Of a stretch of DNA of 64,000 nt, positions 21,186-31,304 are shown in pieces. A model generated the notes under the pieces. The model was not told the DNA's origin. It worked only from the letters and a program-made list of their open reading frames with translations, and searched no databases. The DNA is taken from NCBI GenBank assembly GCA_937936355.1, contig CALDDM010000019.1, positions 5,517 through 69,516 of the forward strand. The letters run 5' to 3'. The position numbers were made by a program, and so were the translations under genes. Within the stretch, counting starts at the first letter, position 1, and each line of letters starts with the position of its first letter. Origin of the DNA: Minisyncoccota bacterium. GTDB lineage: Bacteria; Patescibacteriota; Minisyncoccia; Moranbacterales; GCA-2747515.

Positions 21186-21806
21186 CTACTTATAAAGGCC
21201 AACTTTGTTCAGCGGAAAAGCACGCAGCAGCACCTTCCCAATGACATCATTTTTAGTAATAGGTCCAAAGCGTCGCGAATCACTACTAGCATTACGATTA
21301 TCACCAAGAACGAAATATTGATCTTCCGCTAGTGTGTACTTAACCATACCAAGCGTCTTTCGCTTTTGTGGGAGGTACGCATTTTCATCAAGCACAAAGC
21401 CATCGGGATTTTCACTATTATAGATCACGACTTGACCATCAGCCACTTCTACCGTCTCACCAGGCACACCAATAACGCGTTTGATATAAAAGTCTTTGTG
21501 ATCTCCAACAGGCTCCCGAAAAACAATGATGTCTCCACGGAAAAGATCTTTGCGAGGCTTTACGGTAATAGCCCCATCAAAAAGGTCCACATATTTATAT
21601 CCAAACTCATTGATGATTAAGTATTCCTTCTCAGAAAAATTTGGCTCCATACTAGCGCCACGGACAATAAACGGTTGAAACAAAAAAATGCGTATAGGTA
21701 CGATAATCACCAGAGCAAGTACAAACATCTTTATCACTTCGTACATAAACCCTCCAACAGATTCACCAGTTTCACCTGAGCGAGCACCGTAACTTTTTTT
21801 GAACAT
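21186..21806 (-). CDS. lepB: Signal peptidase I
   Basis: TM helix, catalytic Ser box GASMEPNF, Lys box YIKRVIGVPGE, and GDNRNASSDSR. Confidence 0.92.
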   Translation of the reverse strand: MFKKSYGARSGETGESVGGFMYEVIKMFVLALVIIVPIRIFLFQPFIVRGASMEPNFSEKEYLIINEFGYKYVDLFDGAITVKPRKDLFRGDIIVFREPVGDHKDFYIKRVIGVPGETVEVADGQVVIYNSENPDGFVLDENAYLPQKRKTLGMVKYTLAEDQYFVLGDNRNASSDSRRFGPITKNDVIGKVLLRAFPLNKVGLYK

Positions 21807-22021
21807 TTTATTTTTATAATATTGACGATTACAGAGACAAATACTGATAAGAAAATCCCACCAAGAAACCCGCTAATAGTCTCTTTGTATGGGGCATTTT
21901 ACCACAAATACAAGCTGCAAGCAATACAGCACGAAAAGCATTTAATCCGCAAAAAATAGGAGGAGATCCCTATGCTAAAATAAACACAGCAAACTGATCA
22001 TAGCGTAGACCGACATTCAGC

Positions 22022-23734
22022 ATGAAAAAAAATCAGCGCATAAAACGAAACAAAGACGCTACACACAAGCGAGCTGTTAGCGGTTTTTTTGTTGTATCTT
22101 TTACGATTTTTCTCTTTGGCATAACACTATACTGTATCTTCATTGGACACAAAGTTGTACAGGCAGCACAAACTGTATTTGTGCGAACAGGTCAAACACA
22201 AGAGTCAGCAGCACAAACATTTTCAAAGCTCTTGAGCAAGCCAAACCTCCGAGCCTTGCGAGGTTACACAGATGGCAGAATAAATGTTCTTTTGCTAGGC
22301 ATCGCAGGTGAAGACACAGTCAAAAAAGGTCGCTACCTAACAGACACAATCATCGTAGCAAGTATCGATACAATCAATCATCGCCTCGCACTTCTCTCTC
22401 TTCCCAGAGATCTCCTTGTTGAAACCGATGAAGGTCTCAACAAAATTAACGCGTTCTATACAATCGGTAAAATCTATGAAAAATCAGATGCAATAAGTGA
22501 TCGTTCTACAATCACAAATCAAAGCACGAAGAAGGAATCGTCATCACGCGCGATAATCATCTCCAATGAGTCAGAAGAACCAGGAAGTGCAGATCAGGAT
22601 AATGACTCCACCACAAAAAAACAGCTCGGAAAAACAACTGCTCTGGACTACAGTATCGACGCAGTACAAACCGTGACAGATCTGACAATTCACTACAGCC
22701 TCGTGATGGATTTCGAAGGCTTTCGCGGTATCGTCGATGCACTTAATGGGATCAAAATAACCGTTCCGCGAACTATAGATGATCCACTCTATCCAGGTCC
22801 GAACTATAGTTATGAGCCGTTTTACATCGAAAAAGGCTTTCACACACTAGACGGCTCAACAGCACTCAAGTATGTTCGCACGCGTCATGACGATCCAGAG
22901 AGCGACTTCGGACGGGCCAAACGCCAGCAAGACGTCATGCAAGCAATCCGGAACAAAGCCCTTTCCCTGGGCACACTCACCAACCCCCGTATCATCACCG
23001 ACTTATTGCAGACCATCAGCAAGCACACAGAAACAACAATCAGCACCAAAGAGGTACGATCATTCCTCGCTCTCTTTGAGCAAATTGACACCCACAACAT
23101 CACAAACGTTGTGATTGACGCTTGGAAAAAAGAAAGTCTCCTGATTAGCACCAATATCAAAACACCTGTCGGAGCATTAAGCGGACTCGCCCCACGTACA
23201 GGATCGTGGGACGAAATTCAAGAGTATGCAGATGAAATATTTAGCCTCGACAAAATCACACTACGGCGAGATGCTGTAGTCGCTGAAGATGCCTCAATCA
23301 CAATTATCGCCCCACCAAACAATCACACAACAACAAAAAGAATTATAGATGTGCTGAAGGGACTACGAATTACCAATATCACAACACAACTCGCTCCAGC
23401 AAGTGAAGATATCAGGCAACAGTCTTCTATAATTGACTACACAAGCGGCACAAAACCTTTTACACTCGACACAATCACCAAACGCATCACACCACACATA
23501 ACGCAAGACACATTCACGCAAAGTATCTCGCCACCATTAGATGACAAACTTGACCAAATAGCTATAGACCGAGATACTGAATCTACAAGCAGCACAGACA
23601 TACTCATCACGATAGGACAAGATCTCATAGAACAATATTCATATGAAGAAGCTGATCGCAATATGGTGGAAAAAGAGTTTGGACCTCTGCCGCCCAAATC
23701 GACTGGGAACAGCACCCCCTCAACAGCAAGATAA
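22022..23734 (+). CDS. LytR-CpsA-Psr (LCP) family cell-wall glycopolymer ligase with a LytR_C-like C-terminal region
   Basis: N-terminal TM helix. LLLGIAGED..RYLTDTIIVASID, SLPRDL and ALKYVRTRHDDPESDFGRAKRQQDV are LCP motifs. Confidence 0.85.
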   Translation: MKKNQRIKRNKDATHKRAVSGFFVVSFTIFLFGITLYCIFIGHKVVQAAQTVFVRTGQTQESAAQTFSKLLSKPNLRALRGYTDGRINVLLLGIAGEDTVKKGRYLTDTIIVASIDTINHRLALLSLPRDLLVETDEGLNKINAFYTIGKIYEKSDAISDRSTITNQSTKKESSSRAIIISNESEEPGSADQDNDSTTKKQLGKTTALDYSIDAVQTVTDLTIHYSLVMDFEGFRGIVDALNGIKITVPRTIDDPLYPGPNYSYEPFYIEKGFHTLDGSTALKYVRTRHDDPESDFGRAKRQQDVMQAIRNKALSLGTLTNPRIITDLLQTISKHTETTISTKEVRSFLALFEQIDTHNITNVVIDAWKKESLLISTNIKTPVGALSGLAPRTGSWDEIQEYADEIFSLDKITLRRDAVVAEDASITIIAPPNNHTTTKRIIDVLKGLRITNITTQLAPASEDIRQQSSIIDYTSGTKPFTLDTITKRITPHITQDTFTQSISPPLDDKLDQIAIDRDTESTSSTDILITIGQDLIEQYSYEEADRNMVEKEFGPLPPKSTGNSTPSTAR

Positions 23735-23738
23735 TTTT

Positions 23739-24302
23739 ATGGCGACCTCAACACCAACACTCATCGTCGGCCTCGGCAACCCTGGCGAGAAATATGCACA
23801 AACCAGACACAATGCAGGATTTTTAGCAGTTGATGCGATAGCAAAAAACCATGGCGAAAACACATTCAAAAAAAACAAGAAATTCTTAGCGCAAGTATGC
23901 GAGGTATTCTGCAGTGGCAAAAAAATAATTCTCGCAAAGCCGACAACATTTATGAACAGATCCGGGGAATCTGTCCGTGCACTATGTGACTTCTACGGCG
24001 CAGACATTACATCCAATGTCATCATTCTACATGATGATCTCGATATAGAGATTGGCCACCACAAAGACGCACGTAACCGAGGCGCTGCAGGACACAATGG
24101 CATTATCGACATTATCGAAAAATCAGGCACCAAAAACTTTCGCCGGTTACGTATCGGCATCGAAAATCGCACACAACAACAAAAAGCAAACATGTCAGGC
24201 GCACATTACGTCCTGGGTAGATTCACAGATGATGAACTCTCAAAACTTGGAGATGTAAATAACACAATCATAGCCACTCTCCATAAGGAGTACGAAAATT
24301 AG
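23739..24302 (+). CDS. pth: Peptidyl-tRNA hydrolase
   Basis: LIVGLGNPGEKYAQTRHNAGF. The ATG at 23739 lies just after the LCP stop at 23734. The ORF-track start at 23643 overlaps the LCP gene. Confidence 0.92.
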   Translation: MATSTPTLIVGLGNPGEKYAQTRHNAGFLAVDAIAKNHGENTFKKNKKFLAQVCEVFCSGKKIILAKPTTFMNRSGESVRALCDFYGADITSNVIILHDDLDIEIGHHKDARNRGAAGHNGIIDIIEKSGTKNFRRLRIGIENRTQQQKANMSGAHYVLGRFTDDELSKLGDVNNTIIATLHKEYEN

Positions 24303-24585
24303 AGCTCAAAAATTACGCTCTAAACACAGGAGATTTAAAGATTTCTATACACATGTTCTGTGAAGTTTTGACAACTCGAGAAACTGACAAAAGTATATAA
24401 TTTTTTCCTTGGAAAAATATTTTATCACATAAATCTATTTGCATCACCCGGAGTCAAAGACTTATAGCACTCACAAAAACCAAAAAAGTCAAGGAGGTTT
24501 TTTGATAAAGCAACGACCAAAATTATAGACATGCAATAAGACGCTAAATGCGCCACACACCACATACAAAGAGAAAAGAAAAAAA

Positions 24586-24673
24586 CACTATTCTGGCTTC
24601 GGAGTTGATCATGTAGCAAGGAGGAGGACGCTACAATCTCGTATCCAAAGCACAGAATAGTGCTTTCTTGTCT
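24586..24673 (+). terminator. Long-range stem with a U-rich tail (terminator-like element) inside the 465-nt pth-dprA gap
   Basis: CACTATTCTG (24586-24595) is perfectly complementary to CAGAATAGTG (24653-24662). The enclosed 57 nt include a cUUCGg tetraloop motif (24597-24602). The 3' arm is followed by CTTTCTTGTCTTTG. Confidence 0.35.
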
Positions 24674-24695
24674 TTGTCTAGATTCATGGTATGAT
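24668..24695 (+). promoter_or_regulatory. Putative dprA promoter (TTGTCT - 16 nt - TGgTATGAT, extended -10)
   Basis: TTGTCT at 24668-24673, TG at 24687-24688, TATGAT at 24690-24695, about 73 nt upstream of the dprA ATG. Confidence 0.4.
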
Positions 24696-24767
24696 GCACG
24701 CAATGTTTTGCGACATTTGAGGTTATCACTTCCCTAGCAAAAAGTCAAACCCCCCTGATAAAACACG

Positions 24768-25916
24768 ATGCAAGAAAAAATACACCACAGTGAAATCCTC
24801 CACGCGCTGCACAAGGTACCAAGTATCGGCCAAGAAAAAATCTTGCGCCTTTTGAAGTACTTCCCAAGTCCAGAAAAAGTGTGGAACGCTCCAGACGCAG
24901 AATTATTACGAGCTGGACTGAGCGAAAATGATGTCACCGCGATCGACCTTTTTCAGAAAAATTTGAAGCAAAGAAAGCTCACACCTGAGGCTCTGTGGGA
25001 AAAATATAAAAATCAAGGAATAGGCATAATCAGCATAACCGACAAAGAGTATCCATCAAAGATCTTGCAGGAAAAAAACGCGCCAGCAATCCTCTACTAT
25101 CGTGGAGACATCGCGATCACGCAGAAACCATGTGTTGCTGTCGTTGGCTCACGCAAATTCACGACATACGGTAAGCAATCAGCATCACGTCTCAGCTACG
25201 ACCTAGCGACATATGGTCTACATATCGTAAGCGGCCTTGCTCTAGGTATCGACGGCATCGCTCATCATGCAAGCCTCGAAGCGGCACGCGACGCGACACC
25301 AAACGCATACGGCAAAGCAATCGCTGTGCTTGGTGGGGGCATCGATGATCAAACAATAGCCCCGCGCGCGCACACTAAACTAGCTCATGACATCATCACA
25401 TCTGGCGGCCTATTACTGAGCACATTCGCACCAGGGGTAACTCCAAATAAAGGAACCTTCCCTGCTCGCAATGCAACAATGGTCATGTTAAGCGACGCAG
25501 TACTCATCATTGAGGCAGCAAAAAGTTCTGGCACACTTATCACTGCGCAAATGGCACACAAAACCAACAAAAAAATCTTTGCTGTTCCAGGATCAATTTT
25601 CACACCCTCTAGCGTCGGAAGTAATCATCTGATCGCATCAAACAGAGCAACGCTCGCACAATCCGCAAACGATATAGCACAAGCACTCGGCGTTTCAAAT
25701 AGCAAGAAAAAAAGTGCAACAACATACACACCAGAAACAAGCCAAGAAAAAGCGATCTACGAAACCTTGCTTAAACATCCAAATGGTGTCCTTATTGACA
25801 AGATTGTACGAGAGACTACACTAGAAGGAGCAGTTGTAAGCAGTACACTTGTTATGATGGAAATTCAAGGCGTAACGATCCACCTTGGAGGAGGACAATA
25901 CGCACTCCATCAATAA
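24768..25916 (+). CDS. dprA: DNA processing protein DprA (Smf)
   Basis: VAVVGSRKFTTYG and SGLALGIDGIAH Rossmann-like motifs, with a C-terminal winged-helix region. Has the dprA-topA synteny seen in many bacteria. Confidence 0.9.
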   Translation: MQEKIHHSEILHALHKVPSIGQEKILRLLKYFPSPEKVWNAPDAELLRAGLSENDVTAIDLFQKNLKQRKLTPEALWEKYKNQGIGIISITDKEYPSKILQEKNAPAILYYRGDIAITQKPCVAVVGSRKFTTYGKQSASRLSYDLATYGLHIVSGLALGIDGIAHHASLEAARDATPNAYGKAIAVLGGGIDDQTIAPRAHTKLAHDIITSGGLLLSTFAPGVTPNKGTFPARNATMVMLSDAVLIIEAAKSSGTLITAQMAHKTNKKIFAVPGSIFTPSSVGSNHLIASNRATLAQSANDIAQALGVSNSKKKSATTYTPETSQEKAIYETLLKHPNGVLIDKIVRETTLEGAVVSSTLVMMEIQGVTIHLGGGQYALHQ

Positions 25917-25963
25917 ATGATAGAAAAAAGCGCCCAGATCTATTGACCACTATTGAGAATTTT

Positions 25964-28288
25964 ATGGACTTACTTATCGTAGAGTCACCAACAAAGACAA
26001 AGACAATCAAAAAGTATTTAGGCCCAGGCTACAGCGTTACATCATCTGTCGGGCACATTCGTGATCTTCCAAAATCCAACAAAGCCGCCATAGATATAGA
26101 AAGTGGATTCATCCCACGATACGAAATATCAACCAATAAGCACAAAACAGTTAAAGAGCTGCTCAGCTTAAGTAAGCGAGCAGATACAATCTACCTCGCG
26201 ACTGACCCCGACCGTGAAGGTGAAGCGATAGCATGGCACATTGCTGAAATTCTCCGTGAGGCGGGATTTTCTTCAAAGAAAATGAAACGCGTGACATTCA
26301 ACGAAATCACCAAAACCGCAGTGAACGAAGCACTCAAAAACCCAGGTGCGATTGATGAAAATCTTCGCCAGGCACAAGAAGCGCGCCGCGTCCTTGACCG
26401 ACTCGTGGGCTACGACCTCTCTGGCATCATCTGGAAGAAAGTGCGCTATGGCCTCAGCGCTGGGCGCGTCCAATCCCCTGCACTCCGCATCCTCGTCACC
26501 CGAGAAAAAGAAATCCGCGCATTTATCCCAGATGTATACTGGGCAATCACTGCAGACTTGCAATGCAAAAACTCAGATGTACTCACCTTCAACTGCAGTG
26601 AGGATTTTAAAATTCTCACACAAGATGTGGCTACAGGAGAAACAGAGGAGGAAAAACTTGTAAACAGAGAAAAGGCAGTGGCTTCTGCGCAAAAAAGGAT
26701 TTCTGACATCGTAGCAAAAGCAAAAAAAGGATCGTGGAGCATAAGTAATATCAAAGAAACACCACGCACACGCAAACCATACGCTCCATTTACAACATCC
26801 ACACTACAACAAGCTGCGAGCTCACGGCTTGGATTCTCTCCATCACGCACGATGCGTACAGCACAAAAACTCTATGAAGGTGGTCATATTACATACATGC
26901 GTACCGATTCAGTGACCCTAAGCAAAGATGCGCTTGCAGACATCAAAAAAACGATCATAAACACGTACGGTGAAAAAAACTACGAAGCGCGCACCTATAC
27001 GTCACGGAGCAAAAACGCACAAGAAGCCCACGAAGCAGTTCGCCCATCACAGCTCAGCCAAAAAACAGCTGGTACAACTGATGACCAAAAACGTCTTTAT
27101 GAACTCATATGGGCACGAACCATGTCATCACAGATGATTGCAGCAACGCTTAAGAATACACGCATTACAGCAAGCATCACAGAACAAAAGATCCCAGATT
27201 TTACACTCACCGGATCACAAGTCTTGGATCCAGGCTGGCTTCTTGCCGATACAGGCGCGCGAAGCGAAGACGTCGAATTGCCACAGCTTAGCATTGGTGA
27301 CACACTAACTTGCAAGGGAGCTCACGATGAACAAAAAGAAACTGCGCCACCAGGACGCTATAGTGAAGCTGGCCTCGTCAAAGAGCTCGAAAAGCGTGGC
27401 ATAGGACGACCAAGTACGTATGCCTCTATCATCAAGACTATCCAAGACCGCGGCTACGTCGAAAAAGAAGGTCGCTCACTCAAGCCGACCGACACAGGTG
27501 AGGTTGTCAGTGACTTTCTAGAGATGCACTTCGGTGAATACATTAGCGACACATTCACAGCGGAGATGGAAGATGAGCTAGATGAAATTGCACGTGGCGA
27601 GCGCGACTATACAAAAACCCTGACAGAGTTTTACACACCGTTTGCAAAGGATGTCAAAGCAAAGGAAAAACTCGACAAAGCTACCGACCTTGGCGAAGCT
27701 GATCCTGATATGAAATGTCCAGAGTGCGACAAAGGCATGATTATCAAACTAGCAAAAACCGGACGCTTCTTGTCATGTAAAACGTTTCCAGAGTGCTCTG
27801 GAGCACGAACTCTCGAAGGTAAAGAACTCGAACCCCCCAAGGAAACCGGTGAGGATTGCCCAAAGTGCGGACCCGAGGCAAAGCCGCGTGCCAAAACACA
27901 TGGGAAGCTCATTGAGCGAGAAGGTCGCTTTGGAAAATTTATTTCATGCAACAATTACCCAAAATGTAAATTTATCAAAGAAGACCCCGAAGAGGCTGCG
28001 AAGAAAAAAACTGGCATCAGCTGTCCTATGTGCAACAAGGGTGAGATGATGGAACGCAATGGAAGGTTTGGTCCTTTCTATAGCTGCACAGAATATCCAG
28101 ACTGCAAGAATGCAATCAAAACCAAGCCAACGGGCGAAATATGTGCCCACAAGCGTGACGATAAAGACGGCACGAAATGCGGAGCCCTTATGATGCTTGG
28201 AACAAAGACCATTCCAGAACGCTGTAGTGACAAGACCTGTCCAAATCACCGACCAGACAAACTCACAAAAGAAAAAAGTGCAAAATAG
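25964..28288 (+). CDS. topA: DNA topoisomerase I (type IA) with four C-terminal Cys4 zinc ribbons
   Basis: Toprim LIVESPTKTKTIKKYLG and ATDPDREGEAIAWH, active-site Tyr region GGHITYMRTDS, and four CxxC..CxxC ribbons. I preferred the ATG at 25964 over the TTG at 25943. Confidence 0.96.
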   Translation: MDLLIVESPTKTKTIKKYLGPGYSVTSSVGHIRDLPKSNKAAIDIESGFIPRYEISTNKHKTVKELLSLSKRADTIYLATDPDREGEAIAWHIAEILREAGFSSKKMKRVTFNEITKTAVNEALKNPGAIDENLRQAQEARRVLDRLVGYDLSGIIWKKVRYGLSAGRVQSPALRILVTREKEIRAFIPDVYWAITADLQCKNSDVLTFNCSEDFKILTQDVATGETEEEKLVNREKAVASAQKRISDIVAKAKKGSWSISNIKETPRTRKPYAPFTTSTLQQAASSRLGFSPSRTMRTAQKLYEGGHITYMRTDSVTLSKDALADIKKTIINTYGEKNYEARTYTSRSKNAQEAHEAVRPSQLSQKTAGTTDDQKRLYELIWARTMSSQMIAATLKNTRITASITEQKIPDFTLTGSQVLDPGWLLADTGARSEDVELPQLSIGDTLTCKGAHDEQKETAPPGRYSEAGLVKELEKRGIGRPSTYASIIKTIQDRGYVEKEGRSLKPTDTGEVVSDFLEMHFGEYISDTFTAEMEDELDEIARGERDYTKTLTEFYTPFAKDVKAKEKLDKATDLGEADPDMKCPECDKGMIIKLAKTGRFLSCKTFPECSGARTLEGKELEPPKETGEDCPKCGPEAKPRAKTHGKLIEREGRFGKFISCNNYPKCKFIKEDPEEAAKKKTGISCPMCNKGEMMERNGRFGPFYSCTEYPDCKNAIKTKPTGEICAHKRDDKDGTKCGALMMLGTKTIPERCSDKTCPNHRPDKLTKEKSAK

Positions 28289-28311
28289 ATCACAAATCTC
28301 GACATACTCCC

Positions 28312-28818
28312 ATGCTAGAAAATGCCAAAAAATGCCAATCATTGCCCCTGACGTATGTACCCCATGATATATTGTCGGCACAAGCCCAGGCCATACCTGA
28401 GCAGGACATAACACAACCAGAAATACAAAAAGTCATCGATCAAATGTTCGTGACAATGAAAGTTGAGCATGGCTGCGGTCTGGCTGCACCACAAGTTGGC
28501 CTTAACATGCAATTAGCGGTAATTGATGCAGAGGACCACACGTTCACAATCATAAACCCAGAGATCACAAGAAAGTCACCCCAAAGAGTCATTTTTCCAG
28601 AAGGCTGCTTGAGTATACCTGGCAAAGAATTTTCGGTAATTCGTCACGAAAAAATCACAGTCACCTATTTTGATCGTGAAGCAAAGCAGTGTAAAATAAA
28701 ACTCAAAGGCTTTCTCGCAATTGTTTTTCAGCATGAAATCGATCACCTCAACGGAACAGTCATTGCCGAACGCTACGAGGAACAAAGAGCTCTACGAGAA
28801 CATATCGATATAAGTTAA
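28312..28818 (+). CDS. def: Peptide deformylase
   Basis: Motifs GCGLAAPQVG, EGCLSIPG and QHEIDHLNG. Confidence 0.95.
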   Translation: MLENAKKCQSLPLTYVPHDILSAQAQAIPEQDITQPEIQKVIDQMFVTMKVEHGCGLAAPQVGLNMQLAVIDAEDHTFTIINPEITRKSPQRVIFPEGCLSIPGKEFSVIRHEKITVTYFDREAKQCKIKLKGFLAIVFQHEIDHLNGTVIAERYEEQRALREHIDIS

Positions 28819-28851
28819 GCAATCATCATTCATTGAACCTAAAACGTTTCC

Positions 28852-29877
28852 ATGGCAAACTTTGATATCCGCAACAATGAAATTTTCTCTGCTAACAAAG
28901 AGGATGGGGCTAAACGCATCATCTTTATGGGTACTGGTGACTTTGCATTACCGATTCTCAACGTACTGATTGCCGACAAAAAAAACACCAAAGTGATCGG
29001 AGCAATCACCAAGCCAGACGCAAAAGTAGGGAGAGGCAGATCACACGATCGAGACGTCCAAAGCAATCCCATCAAGGAAACTGTTCTCTCAAATGGCATC
29101 CATCTATGGCAACCAAACAAGCTAGACGAAGATCTCCACAAGGAACTCTCTGAGCTCAAGCCAGACCTCCTCGTGGTCGTTTCGTATGGGAAGATCCTCC
29201 CTGCCAGTTATGTGAAAATAGCAAAGCATGGAGCAATCAACATTCATGCATCCATCCTACCAAAGTACCGCGGTGCATCCCCAATACAAAACACCCTCAT
29301 CAACGGCGAGACTGAAACTGGCATTACTATCATCCAGATCAACGAGGGTCTCGATACTGGCCCAATGCTTGCGCAGGCAAAGGTACCAATTCAGGACAAA
29401 GACAACACTGCGCGACTAAGTGAGATTTTAGCTACACTCGGTGCAAATACCATGCTCAAGCTTTTGCCAGACTACTTTGCTGGCAAAATTGAGCCACGAG
29501 AGCAAGATCACGCCAATGCAACATTGTGCGAACTCATCTCTAGAGGTGATGGTCATGTTGTGTGGTTAAGTACTACAAAAGAAATCGTAAACCGACACAG
29601 AGGACTCATGCACTGGCCAGGACTCTACACAAACTGGCATAATGATCACTCAATCACACGCGTCAAAATCTACGACATCCTGCCATACACAGGTACTTAT
29701 GACTACAAAAACCTCGCTGCTGGCACGACATTTCTCACTGAGCAAAAAGAGTTTTGCGTCCGCACACAAGACACAGCTATCATGATCGGTTCCCTGCAGC
29801 GCGAAGGAAAGACTAAGCAAGATGTCTTTGCTTTTATCAGCGGAAACCCCACGATCGTCGGAACGCAGTTACTCTAG
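28852..29877 (+). CDS. fmt: Methionyl-tRNA formyltransferase
   Basis: IIFMGTGDFALPIL and HASILPKYRGASPIQ. Shows def-fmt synteny. Confidence 0.93.
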   Translation: MANFDIRNNEIFSANKEDGAKRIIFMGTGDFALPILNVLIADKKNTKVIGAITKPDAKVGRGRSHDRDVQSNPIKETVLSNGIHLWQPNKLDEDLHKELSELKPDLLVVVSYGKILPASYVKIAKHGAINIHASILPKYRGASPIQNTLINGETETGITIIQINEGLDTGPMLAQAKVPIQDKDNTARLSEILATLGANTMLKLLPDYFAGKIEPREQDHANATLCELISRGDGHVVWLSTTKEIVNRHRGLMHWPGLYTNWHNDHSITRVKIYDILPYTGTYDYKNLAAGTTFLTEQKEFCVRTQDTAIMIGSLQREGKTKQDVFAFISGNPTIVGTQLL

Positions 29878-30020
29878 TCAGAAAGTATAGGGCATACACA
29901 AGTATACCCAAAACAATCCACGCTAAGCACCCCACAACACTCACCAGATTACGCAATGACAAATACACGACAAAAAGCATCGGGACAAATCTCTATCACA
30001 ATGACTAGTGATCAGATATT

Positions 30021-30872
30021 ATGACAGGAAAGAAATCCATCACTCCACAAAAGGTTTTTGTCGGATTCTTTTTAGCATTCGTCATTGTTTTTGCAGCAAC
30101 AATAGCGCAATTTTTTACCAGTGAAAAAAAACACAAAGACGCACAAGAAAAAGCCGTGCAAAAGGCAGATGTAACACCAGAAAAATTACAAGAAACTGTC
30201 AGCAAGCTACCGCTGATTTCAGTCTCAAACGCTATGAAACAACCTGCGACAATCTTTGTCGACATTCGCACACAACAAGAATTCGATGCTGATCATATCA
30301 AAGACAGTATTCACATCGAAAATTTCAACCCCACTGACTACACATTTATTGAAAATATTGTTCTGATCCATACACAGGGAAACACCCCTCAATCAGATGA
30401 GAAGCTACTCAAGCTGATCGCAAGCATGCCAGATCAATATGTGACAACCGTACTAGATGGAGGCCTTCTCGCATGGAAAGCCGCTGGCATAGCAACGATT
30501 GCAGCCCCAGATCCCGATAATCCACTAGATACGCTCAAGATGCGCGCAACAGAACCAAGAGATCTCAGTGCGATCATGCAAGGCGAAAAAGAAAACCAAA
30601 AAATATCTTATGCGATACTCGACATAAGAACGCGCCTCAATTTTGAAAAGGAACATATCCCAGAAGCAATTCACATTCCACTCGTGGAACTCGAATCACG
30701 TCGAAAAGAACTGCCAGCAGATAAGACGATATATCTCTACGGATCCAATAACCTGCAAGGATTTAATGCAAGCGTTCTCTTGTACCAGCTCGGTCGCATT
30801 GACACATACACGATCAACGGTGGATTCCCAGCATGGAAAGAGTTCGGCTACCCCACAGCTACTAACCAGTAA
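30021..30872 (+). CDS. Membrane-anchored tandem rhodanese-homology-domain protein (no active-site Cys)
   Basis: N-terminal TM helix and two rhodanese-like repeats (FVDIRTQQEFDADHI.., ILDIRTRLNFEKEHIPEAIHIP..). The protein contains no cysteine at all. Confidence 0.7.
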   Translation: MTGKKSITPQKVFVGFFLAFVIVFAATIAQFFTSEKKHKDAQEKAVQKADVTPEKLQETVSKLPLISVSNAMKQPATIFVDIRTQQEFDADHIKDSIHIENFNPTDYTFIENIVLIHTQGNTPQSDEKLLKLIASMPDQYVTTVLDGGLLAWKAAGIATIAAPDPDNPLDTLKMRATEPRDLSAIMQGEKENQKISYAILDIRTRLNFEKEHIPEAIHIPLVELESRRKELPADKTIYLYGSNNLQGFNASVLLYQLGRIDTYTINGGFPAWKEFGYPTATNQ

Positions 30873-30897
30873 AAAAGCCCCCACAAGGGCTTTTTTT
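30871..30897. terminator. Bidirectional rho-independent terminator (rhodanese gene / groES)
   Basis: AAAAAAGCCC-ccacaa-GGGCTTTTTTT between convergent genes. Confidence 0.8.
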
Positions 30898-30943
30898 GCT
30901 TTTCACATATGTATTTGTAAATACCATACCTCTCTGACACGCC

Positions 30944-31219
30944 CTACGATCCAATAATCACAAGAACATCCTCTTGCTTAACAACCACATAATCAACACC
31001 ATCTATCTGAACCTCATCACCAGAAAATTTCTTGTACAAGACACTCTGACCAACTGAAAGATGCATTTCCTCGTGATCACCCACCGCCATGATTTCTCCC
31101 ATTTGAGATTTTTGCTCGCCTGCATCAGGACGATAGATGCCAGAAGCAGTTTTCTCTTCAATTTTTTGCGGTGCGATTAGTACCTTCAGACCAATCGGAG
31201 TAATTTTTTTCTTTGCCAT
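30944..31219 (-). CDS. groES: Co-chaperonin GroES
   Basis: 91 aa. ITPIGLKVLI..EEKTASGIY..G.V..GD.VLYKKFSG fits the GroES pattern. A CIRCE operator lies upstream. Confidence 0.92.
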   Translation of the reverse strand: MAKKKITPIGLKVLIAPQKIEEKTASGIYRPDAGEQKSQMGEIMAVGDHEEMHLSVGQSVLYKKFSGDEVQIDGVDYVVVKQEDVLVIIGS

Positions 31220-31276
31220 ATTTTTTTATAGAGAATTACAATACGCTACCGTTAAAACAACATGTAACTATACTAC

Positions 31277-31304
31277 ATTATAGTGTGAATTAGCACTCTG
31301 TCAA
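31277..31304 (-). promoter_or_regulatory. groES promoter (TTGACA - 16 nt - TATAAT)
   Basis: On the minus strand, TTGACA is at 31304-31299 and TATAAT at 31282-31277. Both hexamers match consensus exactly. Confidence 0.65.

Noticed and set aside
21807-22021. Divergent strand switch (minus-strand block to plus-strand block) as a possible replication origin
   Set aside because: I saw no DnaA-box cluster and no dnaA or dnaN nearby. The orientation flips back only 9 kb later at 30.9 kb. It is more simply a divergent promoter region.
24425-24703. 92-aa minus-strand ORF in the pth-dprA gap
   Set aside because: It has no RBS, an odd Cys/Ser/Phe-rich composition, and lies opposite to the flanking transcription. 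I treat the region as non-coding.
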